Source of the DNA: a bacterium
Lineage (GTDB): Bacteria > Electryoneota > JAOADG01
Direction: 5' to 3'
Assembly (NCBI GenBank): GCA_963681965.1
Contig: OY820579.1
Span: forward strand, 4,032,001-4,096,000
DNA length: 64,000 nt
Position numbers and translations under genes: made by a program. A model generated the notes under the pieces. The model had not been told where the DNA came from and did not search any database. It saw only the letters and a program-made list of their open reading frames with translations. Position 1 is the stretch's first letter. The number at the start of each line of letters is the position of its first letter. Shown one piece after another: positions 27,037 to 37,672 of this stretch.

Positions 27037-27914
27037 AACGCCTCCAATACTTTGTCGAGGGCACGTTGTAATATTTCCAGTTTCGAGTCGCTAAATGGCG
27101 CTAATGGCAACCGGACTTCGCCGCAATCGCGACCGCGTAGCCGCATCGCAGCTTTGATCGGTCCGGGCGAAGTCTCGAGAAAGAGTGCCGAGTTCAAGTC
27201 GTACAAACGATAATGCCACTGCCTGGCAGTTGCCCAATCGCCGGTAGTGTATGCCCGATACAGCGCGACGACGGCTTCCGGTACGACATTCGACGTGACC
27301 GAGACCAATCCTTCACCGCCGATCGAAAGCATCGGGAGGAACAGACTGTCTTCGCCACACAAGATCGACCAACGTTCGCCGACATACTGCTTGATTTCGG
27401 TGAGTCGGTCGAGATTGCTTACTGCCAATTTGAGGGCAATAATCGAGGGATGATCCAACAATGCACCGCAAGTCGGAGGTAACAATTCGCAACTGGTGCG
27501 GGATGGAACGCTATAGAGCATGAGTGGAATCGGTGCCGCTTCCGCGATTGCGGAGAAATGTAACCGCATTCCTTCTTGGGTCGGTTTGTTATAATAAGGG
27601 GTAATTGCCATCGCGGCGTCGGCACCCATTTCGTGTGCCAGAACGGTTTTGGCGATCGAGTGCCGGGTGTTGTTGGTTCCCGTGTTGGCGACGATTTTCA
27701 TATCGCCGCGCTCGGCGATACAGATCTCGAGCAGTTGTTTCCACTCCGAAGGTTCCAGCGCCGGTCCTTCACCGGTAGTCGCGCCAACCACGATTCCGGC
27801 GATGCCGGCGGCGCGTTGTTCCGCCAATCGTGCCCGTAGCGCCGATTCATCCAAGCGATCATGCTTGAATGGAGTGACAAGCGCAGTATAGACTCCTTGC
27901 AGTCGGGTCAACAT
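27033..27914 (-). CDS. dapA: 4-hydroxy-tetrahydrodipicolinate synthase
   Basis: TALVTPF, GATTGE, TPYYNKPTQEG, YSVPSRT, GEVRLPL. Confidence 0.92.
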   Translation of the reverse strand: MLTRLQGVYTALVTPFKHDRLDESALRARLAEQRAAGIAGIVVGATTGEGPALEPSEWKQLLEICIAERGDMKIVANTGTNNTRHSIAKTVLAHEMGADAAMAITPYYNKPTQEGMRLHFSAIAEAAPIPLMLYSVPSRTSCELLPPTCGALLDHPSIIALKLAVSNLDRLTEIKQYVGERWSILCGEDSLFLPMLSIGGEGLVSVTSNVVPEAVVALYRAYTTGDWATARQWHYRLYDLNSALFLETSPGPIKAAMRLRGRDCGEVRLPLAPFSDSKLEILQRALDKVLEAL

Positions 27915-28070
27915 CGCCTCCTAAATGATAACAACTATTGAATATAGACGAATTGCGACGAAAGATCAAAATTCCCGGATTCATGGAAAATTGGTCGGAA
28001 TTGATTTTTGCACGATTTACGCCTTACCTTGAAGGCTAAGCTATCAATGAACAAGGAAAGGAGAACCACC

Positions 28071-29231
28071 GTGTCTATTCGAATACGGTTGTTTTTAGCA
28101 ATTTTAATCGCCACCGCACTGATTTTCGCGGGTTGTTCCTCGCAATCGTCCGCCGAACGCGATTTTCAATCGTTGGTCGGTAAGGTGGAAAAAGTCAATA
28201 TCGACTTACGGAAGAAGCAATCCGGACTGATGGAACAGATCCGGAAATTCAACCAGAAATATCCCCAGATGCAGATCGATTCGCTTGCGCAGACCGCATA
28301 CGGCTTGAGTACCGAGGAATCGAAAATTCTCGGCGATCGGATCTCGCAGGAGAAAGATATTTCGACCAAAGGGCTCCTCGGCGAGATCGTCGATCTCAAC
28401 AAGCAGGTCGAAGAGCTGAAGAAGCAGATGGACGAAATGTCCAAGATGCTGCCACCGCCTCATGTTGTCACTCGCGGCGAATCGCATTTCCAGATCTGTC
28501 TCGAGTATCTGACGACCGAAGCCGGATTCTCGCGTGACAGCGCTCTGGTGGCGTTGGAAAAAGTCGCTCAATTCGACGAATTGATGCCCGGTTTCTATGT
28601 CTGGCACTTCATCGACAAGAAGACTGGTACCTATTTGACGACGATTACCCAAGGCGAAGCGAAGATATCACCGAACCAGCTCCGTCGCGCCACCAAGCGT
28701 AAACTGGAACAGGAACGCCAAGCCTTGGTACAAGCGAAAGCCGACCTCGAAGCTCAGGTTGCCGAACTAGAAAAGCGCAAAGCCGCTCTGATGGGATCGG
28801 TGGAAGCTATCAGTCAGGATCGCGATAAGGCGAAAGCCGAAACGAAGCAGGTGTCTGCCGAGAAGACGGCGCTTGCGAATGAAAAAGACGCTCTCACGAC
28901 GAAACTGAATTCGATCTTTTTCACCATCGGCAATATCAACGACCTGAAGAAGAAGGGTGTACTTCGTCGCCCGTTCCTTGGAAAAGTGAAGGGTTCCGAC
29001 CTATCCAAGGCACAGTACGACCGCTCGATGGATCTGACCCGCTCGCAGCAGGTTTCGTTCAGTGCGAATTCGATCGGTCTCAAAGAGATTTCCGCAGTAA
29101 CGATCTATCCGGAAGAGTCGTTCAAATTGGATGCCGATTATAAAGTCAAGCTGGAAGGCGGCAATGCTACCGTGACCTTCATTCGACCCGACCGATTCAA
29201 GGGTGCGAATGTCGTCATCGGCGCACGGTAA
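28071..29231 (+). CDS. Putative lipoprotein with coiled-coil segments
   Basis: GTG start after AAGGAG; lipobox-like LIFAGC; two heptad-rich helical stretches. Confidence 0.7.
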   Translation: MSIRIRLFLAILIATALIFAGCSSQSSAERDFQSLVGKVEKVNIDLRKKQSGLMEQIRKFNQKYPQMQIDSLAQTAYGLSTEESKILGDRISQEKDISTKGLLGEIVDLNKQVEELKKQMDEMSKMLPPPHVVTRGESHFQICLEYLTTEAGFSRDSALVALEKVAQFDELMPGFYVWHFIDKKTGTYLTTITQGEAKISPNQLRRATKRKLEQERQALVQAKADLEAQVAELEKRKAALMGSVEAISQDRDKAKAETKQVSAEKTALANEKDALTTKLNSIFFTIGNINDLKKKGVLRRPFLGKVKGSDLSKAQYDRSMDLTRSQQVSFSANSIGLKEISAVTIYPEESFKLDADYKVKLEGGNATVTFIRPDRFKGANVVIGAR

Positions 29232-29255
29232 ACTTTCCATCGGATGATATTGAAC

Positions 29256-29286
29256 AACGCCCGGCGCAAGTCGGGCGTTTTCTTTT
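29256..29286 (+). terminator. Intrinsic terminator
   Basis: AACGCCCG-GCGCAAGT-CGGGCGTT followed by a T-rich tract. Confidence 0.7.
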
Positions 29287-29310
29287 ACAACAAGTTCTAA
29301 GATCACGTCG

Positions 29311-29673
29311 CTATTGAAGCGGTATATCCTGGTTTAATATTGTATCTACTTGTTTGCGTCGAAACCAGCGGACATTGTCGTTCACCTTATAGAGCCAGCG
29401 ATAAAAGCGATAAAGCAAAAACATTGCAACAGCGAATCCACCAATCACTACAATCAACGATAAATAAGAAGTTTGACGCTCAAAAAGATCACTAGCTTTA
29501 AACCAGAGAAATAGAAAGAGTAGCCAATATCTGTCCATATCGTAGCGAAGCTTTAACTCGTCATAGCTGAGCTTTTGTGTCGATTTCTTGGAATCGTAAC
29601 GATTCATTACCATAAAGAAAGCCATCAAGAATATGCCGCACACGAATACAATCGCCACTGTTGTCCAATCCAT
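29311..29673 (-). CDS. Small membrane protein, unknown function
   Basis: Three hydrophobic segments; GAGG RBS; AT-rich. Confidence 0.6.
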   Translation of the reverse strand: MDWTTVAIVFVCGIFLMAFFMVMNRYDSKKSTQKLSYDELKLRYDMDRYWLLFLFLWFKASDLFERQTSYLSLIVVIGGFAVAMFLLYRFYRWLYKVNDNVRWFRRKQVDTILNQDIPLQ

Positions 29674-29999
29674 CGGTGCCTCGCAAGAATTGATAAGATA
29701 CTGACGACTTAGGGTTCATTAGATTGATGATAATTTAATATATGAATTGACAGATAGTTTATAGATATTCAATTTCAATTTTCATGAAATAATTAACCTC
29801 TCCGAGTAATTTCGATTCAGCGTTGACAGAAAACCTATCCGATGACATCGTCTATTGCATTCGCCGGATTTCACTCCTTACTCAATACAATTCACACACT
29901 TGAATCTTCGCTTGAAGGGACCGTTCGCCTCTCGTGAAAAAATGTATTATCTTTCCTTTTCTGCAATTACAGAAAGTTAACATCCTCAGGAGCCACCCG

Positions 30000-31211
30000 A
30001 TGAAAATTCTTGTTTTGAACTGTGGCAGTTCCTCGATCAAATACCAGTTATTTGATAACGCCCAGGGCGAGCAACCGTTGTGCAAAGGTCTGATCGAACG
30101 AATCGGTATGCGCGACGCGATCCTTAACCAAAGTCGAATGGACGGCGATAAAGTGAAGCTCGTTGCCGAAATTATCGACCATTCTGTCGCAATCGAATAC
30201 ATTCTGGCGATTTTACTCTCGCCCAATCACGGCGTTTTGAAAGATCGCAACGAGATCGATGCCGTCGGTCACCGTGTCGTGCACGGCGGTGAGAAATTCA
30301 CCGGATCCGTCTTGATCAATAAAGAAGTTATGGATCAATTGCACGAATGCATCGAATTGGCACCGTTGCACAATCCCGCCAACATCAAAGGTATCAAAGC
30401 GTGTCAGCAACTGATGCCGACGATTCCGCAGGTCGGTGTGTTCGATACCGCATTCCATCACACAATCCCCGATTACGCCTACATGTATGCGCTGCCGTAT
30501 GTTCTGTACAAACGCTATTTCATTCGCCGGTACGGTTTCCACGGTACCAGTCATTTCTACGTAGCGAATCGCGCTGCTGCCATGATGGGCAAGCCGATCG
30601 AAGATCTCCGAATCATCACGGCACATCTTGGCAATGGATGCTCGATCACTGCCGTCGATCACGGTAAATCCGTCGATACCTCGATGGGCTTCACTCCCGT
30701 CGAGGGTTTGGTGATGGGTGCGCGGTGCGGCGATATCGACCCGGCAGCACTCCTGCACATCATGGAGAAGGAAGATCTGTCCCGTGCCGAAGCGAATGCG
30801 CTGATGAACAAGCATAGCGGTCTGATCGGCTTATCCGGCATTTCCTCCGATATGCGCGACATCATGAATGAAGTGAAGAACGGTAACGATCGTGCCGAAC
30901 TTGCACTGAACGTTTTCTGCTATCGCGTCCGCAAATACATCGGTTCGTATATGGCGGCGATGGGCGGGCTTGATGCAATCGTCTTCACCGGCGGTATCGG
31001 CGAGAATGCGACCGAAGTCCGCAAACGTTCGGTACAAAATCTCGAAGGGATGGGTTTCGTGATGGACAACGATGCCAACGAAAATCTGCCCAATAACGAG
31101 CGCTTCGTCAATACCCCCGACTCCAAAGTCAAGATCATGGTTATTCCGACCAATGAAGAGTTGGTGATTGCCCGCGATACCGAACAGATCGTAAAAGATC
31201 TCGCTAAATAA
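30000..31211 (+). CDS. ackA: Acetate kinase
   Basis: MKILVLNCGSSSIKYQ, GHRVVHGG, LAPLHN, RRYGFHGTSH, FTGGIGEN, IPTNEE; AGGAG RBS. Confidence 0.95.
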   Translation: MKILVLNCGSSSIKYQLFDNAQGEQPLCKGLIERIGMRDAILNQSRMDGDKVKLVAEIIDHSVAIEYILAILLSPNHGVLKDRNEIDAVGHRVVHGGEKFTGSVLINKEVMDQLHECIELAPLHNPANIKGIKACQQLMPTIPQVGVFDTAFHHTIPDYAYMYALPYVLYKRYFIRRYGFHGTSHFYVANRAAAMMGKPIEDLRIITAHLGNGCSITAVDHGKSVDTSMGFTPVEGLVMGARCGDIDPAALLHIMEKEDLSRAEANALMNKHSGLIGLSGISSDMRDIMNEVKNGNDRAELALNVFCYRVRKYIGSYMAAMGGLDAIVFTGGIGENATEVRKRSVQNLEGMGFVMDNDANENLPNNERFVNTPDSKVKIMVIPTNEELVIARDTEQIVKDLAK

Positions 31212-31229
31212 TTTCTGCTTCCCGATGCA

Positions 31230-31257
31230 AAAACCCGCGCCGAACAGCGCGGGTTTG
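31230..31257 (+). terminator. Terminator after ackA
   Basis: AAACCCGCGC-CGAACA-GCGCGGGTTT. Confidence 0.7.
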
Positions 31258-31628
31258 TGGTATTGTTGTATTTCACGAAAAGGCAAAAAATGACCACCAA
31301 TTGGATGATTTAAAAAGAGCAATTTCAACCGAAATTACCTCTGAGAATAAATAAATCGAAATTCAAATTTACTAACCATTTACGTGTAAATTACAACAAT
31401 TGCGACATTATTTCATTAATAACTTAGGTAGAATATATACTTATAACTAGTACTTTTCGATAGCCTTTAGGCGAAAGATGAACCATTGCTTGCTTTCAAA
31501 TATCTTATTAGGATAAGTGTAATTATATTTATTAAGAATAATTGATTCCACTTGTTAATTGTTAATGTTTGTTGTATTATTTTTTAACCTAAATGGAATT
31601 ACGTCACTTTTCACAACAGGAGTTCGCT

Positions 31629-32363
31629 ATGAAATTGATATTAATTTTCAGTTTAATAATTTTAACCTCCATAATCGGATGCACTAAAAAAGACTCGACC
31701 AATCCTGTTACACCTGTTATACAACATCCGATTGCGGCATTTGGATTTACTGGCGCATTAGTAACACCTGCCACTGTCTCTTTCAATAACTCTTCAACAA
31801 ATGCAAATTCCTATCGATGGGATTTCGGAGATGGACGCACTTCTATTCAAGAAAATCCATCGATGCTATTTAACAATCGTGGAACACTCACTGTGACGTT
31901 AATTGCGATAAACACTTCCTCCTCACTAACCGATACTACAAGACATACATTGTCAATCACACCTGGTCGAGTATATTTAGACTCTTTGGTTATTAATGAT
32001 CTACCTTGGGTCGATGGAACAGGAGCAGGATGGGATCTTACTTCAGGTCCAGATGTCAATATTTACTTTGGCCCTTTGCCAGTAAGTGAAACCAGTGGAT
32101 CGTTTCTTTACTCTTGGGGAACACTAACAGATTTGACACAATCACAGCTTCCTATTTCAGCTTATATATCCACTCCTTGGCAATTTGCAAATTGGAGTAC
32201 AAGTTACGGTTTTGCTTTTTACGATTACGATGCAGGTTCATCCAATGATCTTATGGGTACTGTGTCGTTCACAATCAACAATCTTATCACACAAGGTTAT
32301 TTGAATTCATACAATCTTCAGACGGGAAGTTATCGGTTAAAATTGGTGGTGCATTGGCAATAA
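31629..32363 (+). CDS. PKD-domain lipoprotein (AT-rich)
   Basis: CAGGAG RBS; lipobox-like IIGC; SYRWDFGDG...ENPS PKD motif. Confidence 0.8.
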   Translation: MKLILIFSLIILTSIIGCTKKDSTNPVTPVIQHPIAAFGFTGALVTPATVSFNNSSTNANSYRWDFGDGRTSIQENPSMLFNNRGTLTVTLIAINTSSSLTDTTRHTLSITPGRVYLDSLVINDLPWVDGTGAGWDLTSGPDVNIYFGPLPVSETSGSFLYSWGTLTDLTQSQLPISAYISTPWQFANWSTSYGFAFYDYDAGSSNDLMGTVSFTINNLITQGYLNSYNLQTGSYRLKLVVHWQ

Positions 32364-32371
32364 ATTTTAAC

Positions 32372-32405
32372 AAAAAAAGGCGGAACCTTCGTTCCGCCTT
32401 TTTTT
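32372..32405. terminator. Bidirectional intrinsic terminator
   Basis: A7-GGCGGAAC-CTTC-GTTCCGCC-T7. Confidence 0.8.
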
Positions 32406-32439
32406 AGGATCGTGAATCCTACATCCATTCTCTTTTTGT

Positions 32440-32552
32440 TGGCGCAGGCCTCCGAGCCTGCGATTTTTTGTTATTGAGCTTGATCGGAATATCGGGCTAA
32501 TGAATAGGATAAAGACAAATGACTCAAGACGCAGGCTCGGAGGCCTGCGCCA
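32440..32552. repeat. Inverted REP-like pair (TGGCGCAGG family)
   Basis: TGGCGCAGGCCTCCGAGCCTGCG (32440-32462) and its exact reverse complement (32530-32552). Confidence 0.8.
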
Positions 32553-32633
32553 CCCCTTCTGTTCACTAATTCCTTAGCAAAACAACCCATAGCCTGTCTT
32601 GCACAGAGACATGCGCCACCAAGAAAAAGGAAT

Positions 32634-32651
32634 TTGTTCGTTTTTTCACAT
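32634..32651. promoter_or_regulatory. Weak Rex-like site upstream of nfnAB
   Basis: TTGTTCG-TTTT-TTCACAT, 10/14 match to consensus. Confidence 0.3.
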
Positions 32652-32758
32652 CACGGTACGATTTTGCGTGAAAATATACTATATTCGCAAGTTGTCAACC
32701 GGACAATACCCAATCGAATCTGAAGTTAATCGATAAACGTTGCAGCAAGGGAGCCTAA

Positions 32759-33595
32759 ATGGGCAATCGCATTCTTGCCCGGGAAGTATTGGCAGATCGC
32801 GTCAAAAAAATCGTGGTACAAGCCGAACGGATCGCACAAAAGCGGAAAGCCGGTCAATTTATTATTCTCCGAACCACCGATGTCGGGGAACGTATTCCCT
32901 TGACCATCGCCGATGCCGATCCTGTCGCCGGAACCGTCACGCTGATCTTCCAAGAGGTAGGTAAATCGACCTACGAACTCGGATCGATGCAAGTCGGCGA
33001 CGAACTCGCCGATCTCTGCGGTCCACTCGGACGACCGACTCATATCGAAAACCGCGGCATTGTCGTGGTAGTCGGTGGCGGTATCGGTGTCGCGCCGGTA
33101 CACCCCATCGCGCAAGCAATGAAAGCCGCCGGTAACACCGTCCTCGGCATCATCGGCGCTCGCACCAAAGAACTGCTGATCATGGAAGACGAAATGCGCA
33201 AGATTTGCGATGAATTATTCGTCACCACCGACGACGGTAGTTACGGGATCCACGGTTTCGTGACCAATGTCCTCCAAAAATTGATCGCCGAGCGAACCAT
33301 TGCCGAAGTTGTCGCGATCGGTCCGGTACCGATGATGAATGCGTGTTGCAAAGTGACCAAGGAAACCAGTACCCCGACGCTCGTATCGTTGAATCCGATC
33401 ATGGTCGACGGTACCGGAATGTGCGGCGCATGCCGTGTCACAGTTGCCGGTCGCACGCGGTTCGTCTGCGTCGATGGTCCCGAATTTAATGGACACGATG
33501 TCGACTTCCGCGAATTGATGATGCGTCAGCGCATGTACCTTCCACAGGAAGAAGAAGCGAATACACTGTATCGCAATGCCCACGCAGCACATTAA
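32759..33595 (+). CDS. nfnA: Electron-bifurcating transhydrogenase small subunit (NfnA/SudB-like)
   Basis: AGQFIIL, ERIPLTIAD, GPLG, GGGIG, MVDGTGMCGACRV...CVDGPEF. Confidence 0.88.
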   Translation: MGNRILAREVLADRVKKIVVQAERIAQKRKAGQFIILRTTDVGERIPLTIADADPVAGTVTLIFQEVGKSTYELGSMQVGDELADLCGPLGRPTHIENRGIVVVVGGGIGVAPVHPIAQAMKAAGNTVLGIIGARTKELLIMEDEMRKICDELFVTTDDGSYGIHGFVTNVLQKLIAERTIAEVVAIGPVPMMNACCKVTKETSTPTLVSLNPIMVDGTGMCGACRVTVAGRTRFVCVDGPEFNGHDVDFRELMMRQRMYLPQEEEANTLYRNAHAAH

Positions 33596-33660
33596 TCCGG
33601 TCATTGAGCTGGTTGTAGAAACGGTTTTCGTTTGAGATTAAGAAGTAGAAAGAGTGCGGA

Positions 33661-35067
33661 ATGCCAGTTAAAGAGAAATTGCCCCGACATGCTATGCCCG
33701 AACAGGAACCGTTGGTTCGTGCGAAAAATTTTCTTGAAGTACCGTTCGGTTACACTGCCGAACTAGCCAAAGCGGAAGCTTCGCGCTGTATCCAGTGCAA
33801 GAATCCCAAATGTATCGCCGGCTGCCCGGTCGGGATCGATATCCCGGCATTCATTAAATTAATCGAGACTGGTGATTTTGCGGCATCCGCGCGCAAGATC
33901 AAAGAGATGAATGCGCTCCCGGCGATTTGCGGTCGCGTCTGTCCGCAAGAGGAACAGTGCGAAAAAGTGTGTGTCGTTGGGATCAAGCAACAACCAGTCG
34001 CGATCGGTCGACTTGAACGATTTGCCGCCGATTTCGAACGCGAGAACAATCTTGTCACGATTCCTGAAAAAGCCCCTGCAACCGGTAAACGGATCGCGGT
34101 GGTAGGTAGTGGTCCGGCGGGATTGACGGTTGCCGGCGACTTAGCGCTACTCGGACATGAAGTAACAGTCTTCGAAGCGTTGCATAAAGCCGGTGGTGTG
34201 TTGATTTACGGTATTCCCGAATTCCGACTGCCGAAAAAGATTGTGCAGTTGGAAGTGAATTATCTCGAATCGCTCGGTGTGAAATTCGTTTTTAACTGCG
34301 TTGTAGGTAGAACCTTCACAGTATCCGAACTGATCGAAGAAGAAAAATTCGATGCAGTATTCCTTGGTACCGGCGCAGGTTTGCCGTACTTCATGAATAT
34401 TCCCGGTGAGAATCTTTGTGGTGTCTATTCGGCGAATGAATTTCTGACTCGCTCGAATTTAATGCGTGCCTTCGAATTCCCGACGTCTGACACTCCGATT
34501 CAAAAGGGCAAGAAAGTAGCGGTGCTCGGTGGCGGTAACGTCGCAATGGATGCGGCTCGAACGGCATTGCGCCTCGGCGCCGAGAAAGTCTCCATCGTCT
34601 ATCGCCGTAGTCGCACCGAAATGCCGGCACGTATCGAAGAAATTCATCACGGCGAGGAAGAGGGTATCGAATTCAGTCTGCTGACGAACCCGATTGAATT
34701 GCTCGGCGATGATCAAGGGTGGGTGCGGGCAATGAAGATGGTGCGTATGGAACTCGGTGAACCGGATGCCAGTGGGCGTCGTCGACCGGTCGTGATCGAA
34801 GGTTCGGAATACGAGCAGGAATTCGATTGTGTCGTGGTTTCCATCGGCAATGGTTCCAATCCACTGATTCCCCAGACTACTCCCGGTCTGAACACCAATA
34901 AGTGGGGTAATATTACCGCCGACGATAACGGCGCGACATCTATTCCCGGTGTGTATGCCGGCGGCGATGTCGTGATTGGTGCAGCGACCGTGATTTTGGC
35001 AATGGGTATGGCACGTAAATCGTCGGCTGCCATGCACAAATATTTAATGGAACCTCAACAAGCTTAA
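33661..35067 (+). CDS. nfnB: Electron-bifurcating transhydrogenase large subunit (NfnB, GltD-like)
   Basis: EASRCIQC..PKCIAGCPV, CGRVCPQEEQCE, GSGPAG, YGIPEFRLPK, GGGNVAMD, GAATVILAM; adjacent to nfnA. Confidence 0.88.
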   Translation: MPVKEKLPRHAMPEQEPLVRAKNFLEVPFGYTAELAKAEASRCIQCKNPKCIAGCPVGIDIPAFIKLIETGDFAASARKIKEMNALPAICGRVCPQEEQCEKVCVVGIKQQPVAIGRLERFAADFERENNLVTIPEKAPATGKRIAVVGSGPAGLTVAGDLALLGHEVTVFEALHKAGGVLIYGIPEFRLPKKIVQLEVNYLESLGVKFVFNCVVGRTFTVSELIEEEKFDAVFLGTGAGLPYFMNIPGENLCGVYSANEFLTRSNLMRAFEFPTSDTPIQKGKKVAVLGGGNVAMDAARTALRLGAEKVSIVYRRSRTEMPARIEEIHHGEEEGIEFSLLTNPIELLGDDQGWVRAMKMVRMELGEPDASGRRRPVVIEGSEYEQEFDCVVVSIGNGSNPLIPQTTPGLNTNKWGNITADDNGATSIPGVYAGGDVVIGAATVILAMGMARKSSAAMHKYLMEPQQA

Positions 35068-35087
35068 TTCATCGATATTGAATAATG

Positions 35088-35126
35088 AAAGACCCGACAG
35101 GTTAGCTCCTGCCGGGTTTTCTTTTT
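35088..35126. terminator. Terminator between convergent genes
   Basis: ACCCGACAGG...CCTGCCGGGT followed by a T tract. Confidence 0.65.
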
Positions 35127-35137
35127 ATCGGAAAGTG

Positions 35138-37672
35138 TCAATCGTGGGGAATTTCGATATCGGGATAGAGACGTTCCAAACAATCGGGACATAAACCGTG
35201 TGTAAATTCCGCTTCAGTGTGATTACTGATGAAAACTTCAAGTTGTGTCCAGTATCCTTTGTCGTCGCGAATTTTTTTGCAACTGGAACAGATCGGCAGC
35301 AAACCACTAAGGGTCGAAATTTCGCCGAGTGCTTTTTGTAGCATCGAGATTAATTCTTCGCGCTCAATTTCAATCCGTTTTTGTTCGGTGATATCTTCGT
35401 ACGTTCCAAGCAGACCGATGATCGTTCCGTCACGATCGAATAACGGAATTTTACTCGTCCGCGACCAACTTGGCGATCCGTCCGAGTGAATGTTCGATTC
35501 TTGATAGTTTAGTCGCGCAACGCCGCTGTCGATGACAGCTAGATCGTTCATATGAAATGATTTCGCTGTGTTTATTCCGAATAAATCGAAATCGGATTTG
35601 CCGACGATCTCTTCCGGTTTACTGAATCCCGCATCGATTGCGAATTTCGTATTGCAACCCAAATAGTTCAGGTTCCGATCTTTCCAGAAAATCCGTTGCG
35701 GAACATTGTCGAGCACGAATTGGAGCATTTGTCGGGAACGGAACAACTCGCGTTCGGTATGCTTTCGCTCGCTGATATCTTCGAATGTTCCAAGTAAACC
35801 TTGTAGTTTCCCTTCGCGATCCAATAACGGAATCTTGTTGATATTCACCCAAACTTCGGTACCATCTTCAAGTACATTCATCTCTTCGGAATTGAGGCGA
35901 GGAATTCCAGATTCCAGAACACACCGATCGGTTTCGCGAAACGCTTCGCCAAATTGCTTCCATGACAAGTCGAAATCGGTTTTTCCGGCGATTTCGCTGG
36001 CATCGGACAATCCAGCATCTTCGGCGCAAAATCGGTTGCAACCGACATACGTAAGATTGCGATCCTTCCAAAACACGCGTTGCGGAATATTGTCAAGAAT
36101 GAATTGCAGTTTCTGATTCGATTGAAACAGCTCTTCTTCAGTCTGTTTCAAATCGGTGATATCCCAATTGGTACCGAGTATCCGAATCGGTTTTCCCTCA
36201 GCATCCCGTTGAATCGTAGCAAATGCTTTGATGAAATGGACCGATTGATCGCTCCAGATGATTCGAAATTCTGTGTTGTACTCGGATTCTCCGGATAGAG
36301 ATTGACGAAGTCTTTTCAGTGCAAAGTCGCGATCGTCGGGATGAATTGCATTCACCCAGGAATCGAACGTACCGCCAAACGACCCGGGTGTCAATCCATA
36401 CAGATGCTGCATCTGTTCGTCCCAATCGAGTCGATTCGCAATCAGATCGTAATCCCAAATTCCTACTTTAGCCGCTGCTGTAGCCAATCGTAATCGTTCG
36501 GACAATTGATTCAGCTTTTGTTCGTTAATCCGACGTTCAGAGATGTCGCGAGTAACTCCAATGACACCGATCGGTAATCCGTTTTTATTCGTCAGAAAAT
36601 TGATCGATACTTCGGTCCATACAGTAGATCCGTCTTTGCAGATTTGTTCCAATTCGATAAACTGCGTCTTCAATGGACGATGAGTTCTGACCCGATCGAT
36701 CACATCATACATGATCGATGTGGCATATTCCGCCGATGCCGGAGTAAATGTTTCCTCGAAGCTTAAGTGCACAGCCTCGTCCGGTAGATAACCACGGAGG
36801 CGAGTTACCGACGGACTGATGTAAGTAAAGTGACCTTCCAGATCCATCGTCCAAATAACATCGGAGACATTATTCGATATTAACTGAAAAATACTATCTC
36901 GATTGTATAAATCTTCTTCAAGTTTCTTCGTATCGGTGATATCCGAAACGAAGATAATGACTGATTCGACTTGCTGAGCGGAATCGATAACTGGATGAAG
37001 TACTACGGAAAGTTTTTGCGAGTTGCGTGTCGTTTCGAACAATTTTGGTTGTTTCGATTGAATCGTCTCTTGGAAGATTTCGCGATATTGCGGTTCAGAA
37101 CTATTCGGCAAGTCGATAAAAATATTTTTTCCGGGAAGCGTTCCCAATGGATATTGCAATCGAGAATACAATTTCCGGTTGGCAAGCAAAATCTTTCCAT
37201 CGATATCGACAATCATCGCCGAGTTTGTTAACGAATCGATCACTGTTTGCGGACTGATAGTCGGTTGATTACCGGAAAGCTTGACGTTTTTTCTAGCTCG
37301 AGTGGAATTGAAAACATGTCGAACTGTCGCAGTTAAAAAATCTGATCGAATGATACAGTCATAAATTCCGGACTCGAACAATTTGGTTCGTTGGGAATTG
37401 TCAAGTGAGGTGGCTACGACGATCACAGGAACTGATTTTTCGTTGTTCACGATAGATTTTAATGCGGCTGGATCGATTTCCGATGGCGATTGCAGACTTA
37501 ACAGGATGATATCGTAATCGTGATTTTGAAGCTGATGGAGTGATTGGGGAACTCCATCGACAGATCTGAGTACGACTCCCGAGTTAAAGGTTCGATCCAA
37601 TACTTTTTTTATCGAAGTCTGAATTTTTGGAGAGGGTTCGATCAGAAGAATCTTGATCGCAGTATTGCCCAT
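35138..37672 (-). CDS. Pseudo-receiver plus multi-PAS protein with C-terminal Cys/His motif domain
   Basis: N-terminal REC-like region; about five PAS/PAC repeats (DIT/DIS ends); C-terminal LPICSSCKKIRDDKGYW...FTHGLCPDC. Confidence 0.8.
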   Translation of the reverse strand: MGNTAIKILLIEPSPKIQTSIKKVLDRTFNSGVVLRSVDGVPQSLHQLQNHDYDIILLSLQSPSEIDPAALKSIVNNEKSVPVIVVATSLDNSQRTKLFESGIYDCIIRSDFLTATVRHVFNSTRARKNVKLSGNQPTISPQTVIDSLTNSAMIVDIDGKILLANRKLYSRLQYPLGTLPGKNIFIDLPNSSEPQYREIFQETIQSKQPKLFETTRNSQKLSVVLHPVIDSAQQVESVIIFVSDITDTKKLEEDLYNRDSIFQLISNNVSDVIWTMDLEGHFTYISPSVTRLRGYLPDEAVHLSFEETFTPASAEYATSIMYDVIDRVRTHRPLKTQFIELEQICKDGSTVWTEVSINFLTNKNGLPIGVIGVTRDISERRINEQKLNQLSERLRLATAAAKVGIWDYDLIANRLDWDEQMQHLYGLTPGSFGGTFDSWVNAIHPDDRDFALKRLRQSLSGESEYNTEFRIIWSDQSVHFIKAFATIQRDAEGKPIRILGTNWDITDLKQTEEELFQSNQKLQFILDNIPQRVFWKDRNLTYVGCNRFCAEDAGLSDASEIAGKTDFDLSWKQFGEAFRETDRCVLESGIPRLNSEEMNVLEDGTEVWVNINKIPLLDREGKLQGLLGTFEDISERKHTERELFRSRQMLQFVLDNVPQRIFWKDRNLNYLGCNTKFAIDAGFSKPEEIVGKSDFDLFGINTAKSFHMNDLAVIDSGVARLNYQESNIHSDGSPSWSRTSKIPLFDRDGTIIGLLGTYEDITEQKRIEIEREELISMLQKALGEISTLSGLLPICSSCKKIRDDKGYWTQLEVFISNHTEAEFTHGLCPDCLERLYPDIEIPHD

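Noticed and set aside
33661-35067. Glutamate synthase small subunit
   Set aside because: No gltB nearby; pairing with an NfnA-like gene indicates NfnAB.
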